Of a DNA stretch of 64,000 nucleotides, positions 59,718 to 64,000 are shown piece after piece. Positions within the stretch are counted from its first letter, which is position 1. Each line of letters starts with the position of its first letter. The stretch comes from Thermoanaerobaculia bacterium (GTDB lineage Bacteria > Acidobacteriota > Thermoanaerobaculia > UBA5066). The translations under genes and the position numbers were made by a program. Location of the stretch: NCBI GenBank assembly GCA_963816185.1, contig CAWFJJ010000028.1, positions 579,791 through 643,790 on the forward strand. The letters run 5' to 3'. The notes under the pieces are model-generated. The model was not told the DNA's origin and made no database searches. It worked only from the letters and a program-made list of their open reading frames with translations.

Positions 59718-61127
59718 TCAGATCACGCGACGGTGCTTCTCGATGTAGCTGTGGGCCTGTTTCGCATCGAGCAGGCGCGTGCTGTTTCCGTCACGTATGA
59801 AGAACTGATGTCCTCTATCGCCCTTGACGAAAGCCGGCTCGCGGGACGGATCTACGTCGATCATCAGGACGACCTTTGATTCCAGCGTCTCGGTCGTGAT
59901 TCGCCAGAGCGACGCGAACGAGGGGTCGATTTGACCCTCGAGAAAGTTCTCGACCTGAACCTTCATCTGGTCCAGCGAGTCTCCGGCCTCTCGAACGTCG
60001 TCGGCCAGGCCTCGAATCGTTCCATCGTCTGCGACACCGATGAAGACCTGGCCGCCTTTCCGCGAGTTGAGGAAGGCTGCGACCGCACCGACCACTTCTT
60101 TTCGCAGAGGCTTTCCGGGGGCGTTGGCCACGACATCCCATTGAAAGCTCGACTTGAACTCGACGACTTCAGACTCTCCAGTTCGGATTGCTTCCGCCAC
60201 GGACAGCCGCGGCCGCCGCACAGTTATTTCCCTGCGCATTACGAGGGCCAGGCTCCCGAGCCAAGCCAGAGCGGCCAGGCCCACGCTGAACAGGATGTGC
60301 TGGCGGAGCGTTGACTCCAGCACGGAGACATCCTTGTGCAGAATGACCAGCCCCTCCGCCTTCCCGGCACTCGACAGGATGGGGAAGCGGTATATGCGAA
60401 ACCGTTTTCGATCAGCAGATACTGTCTCAAACCGTGGCCGCATCTGGGCTTCAGTTGGCGGGCTCACTTGCAGCGGAACGCCTCCTGAGGCGCTCAGAAG
60501 TTCGCCCGAATCGTTGACGACGGCCCATTGGACCGCGAAATCCACGTCTCTGGCTTGGAGGTGTCTCGCATCTTTCACCGTGTCCCCGAATTTGAGGGCG
60601 GCAGTAGTCAGCCGTTGATTTGCGTCGGCCACTTTTTCCGGCTGCAAGATGCCGCACACAGCTGAGCCGTGATCCAGGTGTCGGGCGAACAGCAGCCACT
60701 TTTCTCCCAAGCTGCTGACGGCCGCAGTTGGATGCTGGTAGACGTCATCAGAGAGCGGCCGTGCCGTGCCGATGAGGCCTGGTAGGAGCCCGTCTATGTC
60801 GATCAGCGTTCCACTCCTGTCGATGATGATCCAGCCCGGAACGTCGAGATAGGCCTGGCGGAAAGGTTCGATCTGCCACGTCTCAGCAAACTTCAACTCT
60901 GATTTGAGCTGACCAGAATCCGCCCTCAATTCGTCATCGATGGAACGAGAAATCTGATAGCGAACGAAGGCGTACTGCAGGACGAAGACAACGGAGAATA
61001 GAAGCGCGAACCAGGGAAGTGCCCAGGCGAGAGATCGGAGTAGGAAAAGAGTTTTCCGACGCCTCTTGACGGGTACTGTCCGAGCGAGCCCCCCCTCAGC
61101 CGGCCCCTGTCGGTCGGAAGTGCTCAT
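59718..61127 (-). CDS. Two-TM extracytoplasmic sensor fused to a Schlafen/AlbA_2 domain
   Basis: TM1, about 220-aa loop, TM2, then GESEVVEFKSS...VAAFLNS..GG.VFIGVADDG...FFIR.G.ST. Confidence 0.8.
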   Translation of the reverse strand: MSTSDRQGPAEGGLARTVPVKRRRKTLFLLRSLAWALPWFALLFSVVFVLQYAFVRYQISRSIDDELRADSGQLKSELKFAETWQIEPFRQAYLDVPGWIIIDRSGTLIDIDGLLPGLIGTARPLSDDVYQHPTAAVSSLGEKWLLFARHLDHGSAVCGILQPEKVADANQRLTTAALKFGDTVKDARHLQARDVDFAVQWAVVNDSGELLSASGGVPLQVSPPTEAQMRPRFETVSADRKRFRIYRFPILSSAGKAEGLVILHKDVSVLESTLRQHILFSVGLAALAWLGSLALVMRREITVRRPRLSVAEAIRTGESEVVEFKSSFQWDVVANAPGKPLRKEVVGAVAAFLNSRKGGQVFIGVADDGTIRGLADDVREAGDSLDQMKVQVENFLEGQIDPSFASLWRITTETLESKVVLMIDVDPSREPAFVKGDRGHQFFIRDGNSTRLLDAKQAHSYIEKHRRVI

Positions 61128-61266
61128 GGAACTGGCTTCGCCCATCTGAGTGGCCGCCAGCCTATACCCGCCGCCGACCTTTCGTCCCCAGTCACGGGTA
61201 GCTCGCTGTCCGACCTCGCCGCGTCGCTCTATGATTGAAGCGCGTACATTGAGAAAGGGCGGAATC

Positions 61267-61418
61267 GTGTCACCTGACGCTACGGTCGAATCCCGTCGAT
61301 TCAGCAGCTTCTCAGAGATCATCTCGTTCCTATGGTCCATCGCAGACCTTCTGCGTGGGGACTACAAGCAGGCCGACTACGGAAAGGTCATCCTCCCGTT
61401 CACCGTTCTCCGCCGGCT
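61267..61418 (+). pseudogene. hsdM: Type I R-M HsdM N-terminal fragment
   Basis: [32 protein letters not shown]. Confidence 0.85.
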
Positions 61419-61823
61419 CCGAAATGGCGAGGCATCGTCGATCTCAGGGGCGGTTGACATAGGGAGCCGGAAGGGGAAGGGATGACGAGGCCCCGCTCTC
61501 CGAGATCATCGAGATCCTGAACGACCGCTTCGGGACGAACTTCACGAAGGCCGACCAACTCTTCTTCGATCAGGTCATCGAGAAAGCCGCGACCGACGAG
61601 GAGGTTCAACAGAAAGCCGGCGCGAACGTCTTCGACAATTTCGCGCTATCGATCAAGGACCGCGTGCTCGACCTGATGATCGACAGAATGGACGAGAACA
61701 AGGAGCTCCTGTCTGGTCATGAACGAGCCAGAGTTCCAGCAGGTCGTCTTCAAGGAGCTGGCGAAGAAAATCTATGAGGGGGCCGGCGGAGCATCAGCGA
61801 GCGCCAAGGGGACGGGGTCGTAG
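61419..61823 (+). pseudogene. hsdR: Type I R-M HsdR C-terminal fragment (frameshifted)
   Basis: APLSEIIEILNDRFGTNFTKADQLFFDQ...AN..DNF...RMDENKE...EFQ....K.IYE. Confidence 0.75.
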
Positions 61824-62612
61824 CTGTTCGTCGCCTGTCTAGATCTCTCGATTCGAGTCATGCGTTCTTGGTGACTACAACCGGCCCTTCTGGAAAACTA
61901 CGAGCCATCGGTATGGACACCCCACATTACGGCTCTTGCTCCAAGAGCGAGAAGATCTCCTCACCCTTGCCTCGAAAGCACCTCGGCGCCGACGCGGGCG
62001 GAAACTTCTGCTCAATGGAGGGGCAGCAATGATGAACCACCCAAACACAGCCGCCCTCCCTCCATCTCGAACGAACCGACAGGCTTTGTTTGCATGGACT
62101 GGCGACCGGGCGAAGAGTTCGGATCGATGCTCAGCTCCGACAGAAACACAGCAACCTTGACCGATTGCCCTGAGGGGGCTGGGTTGAGCCAAGACTACGC
62201 CCGGATCGAGCGCCTGCTCCTCGATGGTCGTCGCGTACCACGGCGTGTGGATCTGGCAGGCGAGTGTAAGGCCTTCAACAATGGGGGCGGGGCGACCCAG
62301 CTGCAAGAAGCGATTTGCAGGCGTCGAGGCAGGGTCAACATGGCCGGAAACGTATGGAATCGAAGGCGACGTGCCAGAGTCCGCTCATGCAGGCTCAGTT
62401 TCACGGCCCCAGCAAGGCCTCGACACGCGACGTAAACGTCCTCTCTACCTGTACCAACGGAGGTAAAGCACTTCCAGGATGCGGCGCGCCGCTTTAGGGA
62501 AGGTGGGACTCCGAAGCGAATCGCTCGTTCTGGCATCTGAAGACACCTACGATACTGCTTCAGCGCCGAGCGCATCGAGTCCGCTAACCTGCCCGATCTG
62601 GCAGCAGAGGCT

Positions 62613-62677
62613 CTACGCGGCGGCGAGGATCCGATAGACGGTCGGCCGCGAGAGGCCCACGGCGCGGGCGACCCGCG
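62613..62677 (-). pseudogene. Orphan 3' fragment of a serine resolvase (HTH tail)
   Basis: Translates as RVARAVGLSRPTVYRILAAA*, paralogous to 63362-63420. Confidence 0.6.
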
Positions 62678-62691
62678 TTACGCTCTTCCCT

Positions 62692-63277
62692 TCACGAATG
62701 GGCCGGAACGCGCGACTCGAGGAGCTTGGTGAACTGCGACAGCCAGACCGGATGCGCCGGCCAGGCGGGCGCCGTGACAAGATTGCCTTCCGTCACGGCC
62801 TGATCCACGGCGATCTCGGCGTAATGACCCCCGGCCCGCGTCACCTCCGGGCCGACCGCCGGATAGGCCGAGCACTTCCTCCCTTCGAGCACTCCGGCAG
62901 CCGCGAGAATCTGCGCGCCGTGGCAGATGGCCGCGATCGGCTTTCCGCTCGGTCATGAAGTGGCGCACGATCTCGAGGACGCGCGGATTCAGCCGGAGGT
63001 ACTCCGGCGCGCGCCCTCCCGGGATGACGAGCGCATCGTAGCCGCCCTCCTTCACCTCGTCGAAGGAGAAGTTCAGGGCGAAGTTGTGGCCCGGCTTCTC
63101 GCTGTAGGTCTGGTCCCCCTCGAAGTCGTGAACGGCCGTCCGCACCTTCTCGCCCGCCTTCTTCCCCGGGCAGACGGCGTGGACGGCGTGCCCGAGCATC
63201 TGGAGCGCCTGGAAAGGCACCATCACCTCGTAGTCCTCGACGAAGTCGCCGACGAGCATCAGGATCTTCTTCGACAT
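62692..63277 (-). CDS. pfpI: DJ-1/PfpI family protein (frameshift near 62940)
   Basis: [34 protein letters not shown], then ICHG and [11 protein letters not shown]; strong RBS. Confidence 0.85.
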
Positions 63278-63361
63278 GGTGGTCCTCCTCCTCGTTTCCA
63301 CTTCAGTATGTACCGGCCGGTTTACATTCAGCCTGCGTACGGTCAGCGATCGCCGAAGGCG

Positions 63362-63958
63362 CTACGCAGCGAGGACGCGGTAGACGGTCGGGCGCGAGAG
63401 CCCGACGGCGCGGGCGATCTGCGTCACGCCCTTCCCTTCGCCCCTGAGGCGCCTCACCTGGGCGGCCTGTTCCGGCTTGACCTTGACGGCCGTATGAACG
63501 CCCGTGGGTCGGCCAAGGCGAACTCCACGCTCCCTGGCCGCTTCAATGCCCGGCGAGGACTCGCTCAGCGCGGACCTCAGTTTCGTACTCGGCGACGCCC
63601 GCGAGAACGTGTGCCATGAGCTTTCCGGCTGGCGTGCCGAGATCGAGTCCGTCGCGTAGGCTGACGAGGTTGACCTTCCGGGCGGCCAGCCTCAGCGAAC
63701 AATGTCGAAAGGCCGGCACATGTGCGTCCGAGGCGGTCCAGACGCCACACGATGACCGTCTTGACCTCACCGGCTCGGATCGCAGCTTCGAGCTTCTGCC
63801 AACCAGGACGAACCATCGTGCGGCCGGTGAACCTGTCGCGGAAGACCTTCGCCTCCTCGAGGCCGTTGGCGGCGAGGTAACGCTTGATGTCGGGCTCCTG
63901 GGAGGCGGTGTCCTGGCGCTTCGGAGGAAACTCGGATGTAAACGGCGGTGGTGCTCAT
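63362..63958 (-). CDS. Serine recombinase/resolvase (multiple frameshifts; may be a pseudogene)
   Basis: YIRVSS, VWRLDRLGR, GKLMAHVLAGVAEYE, C-terminal HTH GLSRPTVYR. Confidence 0.8.
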
Positions 63959-64000
63959 GCCCCATAGGTAGGCCCCAGCCCTTGTCCTGTCAAGTGAAAT

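Larger units (their letters stand above)
55597..64000. mobile_element. tRNA-Gly-integrated genomic island, possibly a satellite-like element (right end not located)
   Basis: Integrase abutting the tRNA; HTH and rep genes; AT-richer cargo; R-M remnant; resolvase. Confidence 0.75.

Noticed and set aside
61128-61340. Longer start for the Schlafen fusion (540 aa)
   Set aside because: The extension is antisense to the hsdM fragment and its upstream region; ATG 61127 shortly before TM1 is more plausible
61875-62600. Short ORFs in the AT-richer stretch, including an NMAGNVW (FGE-like) peptide
   Set aside because: No coherent frame or supporting motifs; probably decayed cargo, and the match is likely coincidental
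55661-64000. Second att copy (tRNA 3'-end duplication)
   Set aside because: No convincing repeat of the tRNA 3' end seen; the boundary is probably outside the window or eroded

Overview
High-GC bacterial DNA. The gene repertoire (several ASPIC/UnbV FG-GAP proteins, Ser/Thr kinase-TPR, CHRD and PKD exported proteins, Ku next to an HTH-TPR gene) suggests Acidobacteriota, possibly Thermoanaerobaculia; this is inference. Many single-base frameshifts in otherwise intact genes suggest a long-read assembly. Bases 1-55.5 kb look chromosomal: the 3' part of addA, a pentaheme cytochrome c-TPR gene, four CRTAC1/ASPIC-UnbV genes, an M1 aminopeptidase, a CPA1 antiporter, TolC-RND efflux, feoAB, two head-to-head P-type ATPases, an ABC exporter, USP, Ku, a kinase cassette, DinB, an LldD-like oxidase and a PLD. 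From tRNA-Gly(CCC) at 55586 to the window end lies an integrative element. It carries a tyrosine integrase that reads into the tRNA, HTH and replication-initiator genes, a membrane sensor fused to a Schlafen/AlbA_2 nuclease domain, a collapsed type I R-M scar, pfpI and a serine resolvase. The two most striking unexplained signals are (i) an AT-rich directional motif, about CCY-TTCTAAGAA-ATCYTC, present about 15 times, almost always inside coding sequence and only between 1.8 and 23.1 kb, and (ii) the transmembrane-sensor/Schlafen fusion in the island.
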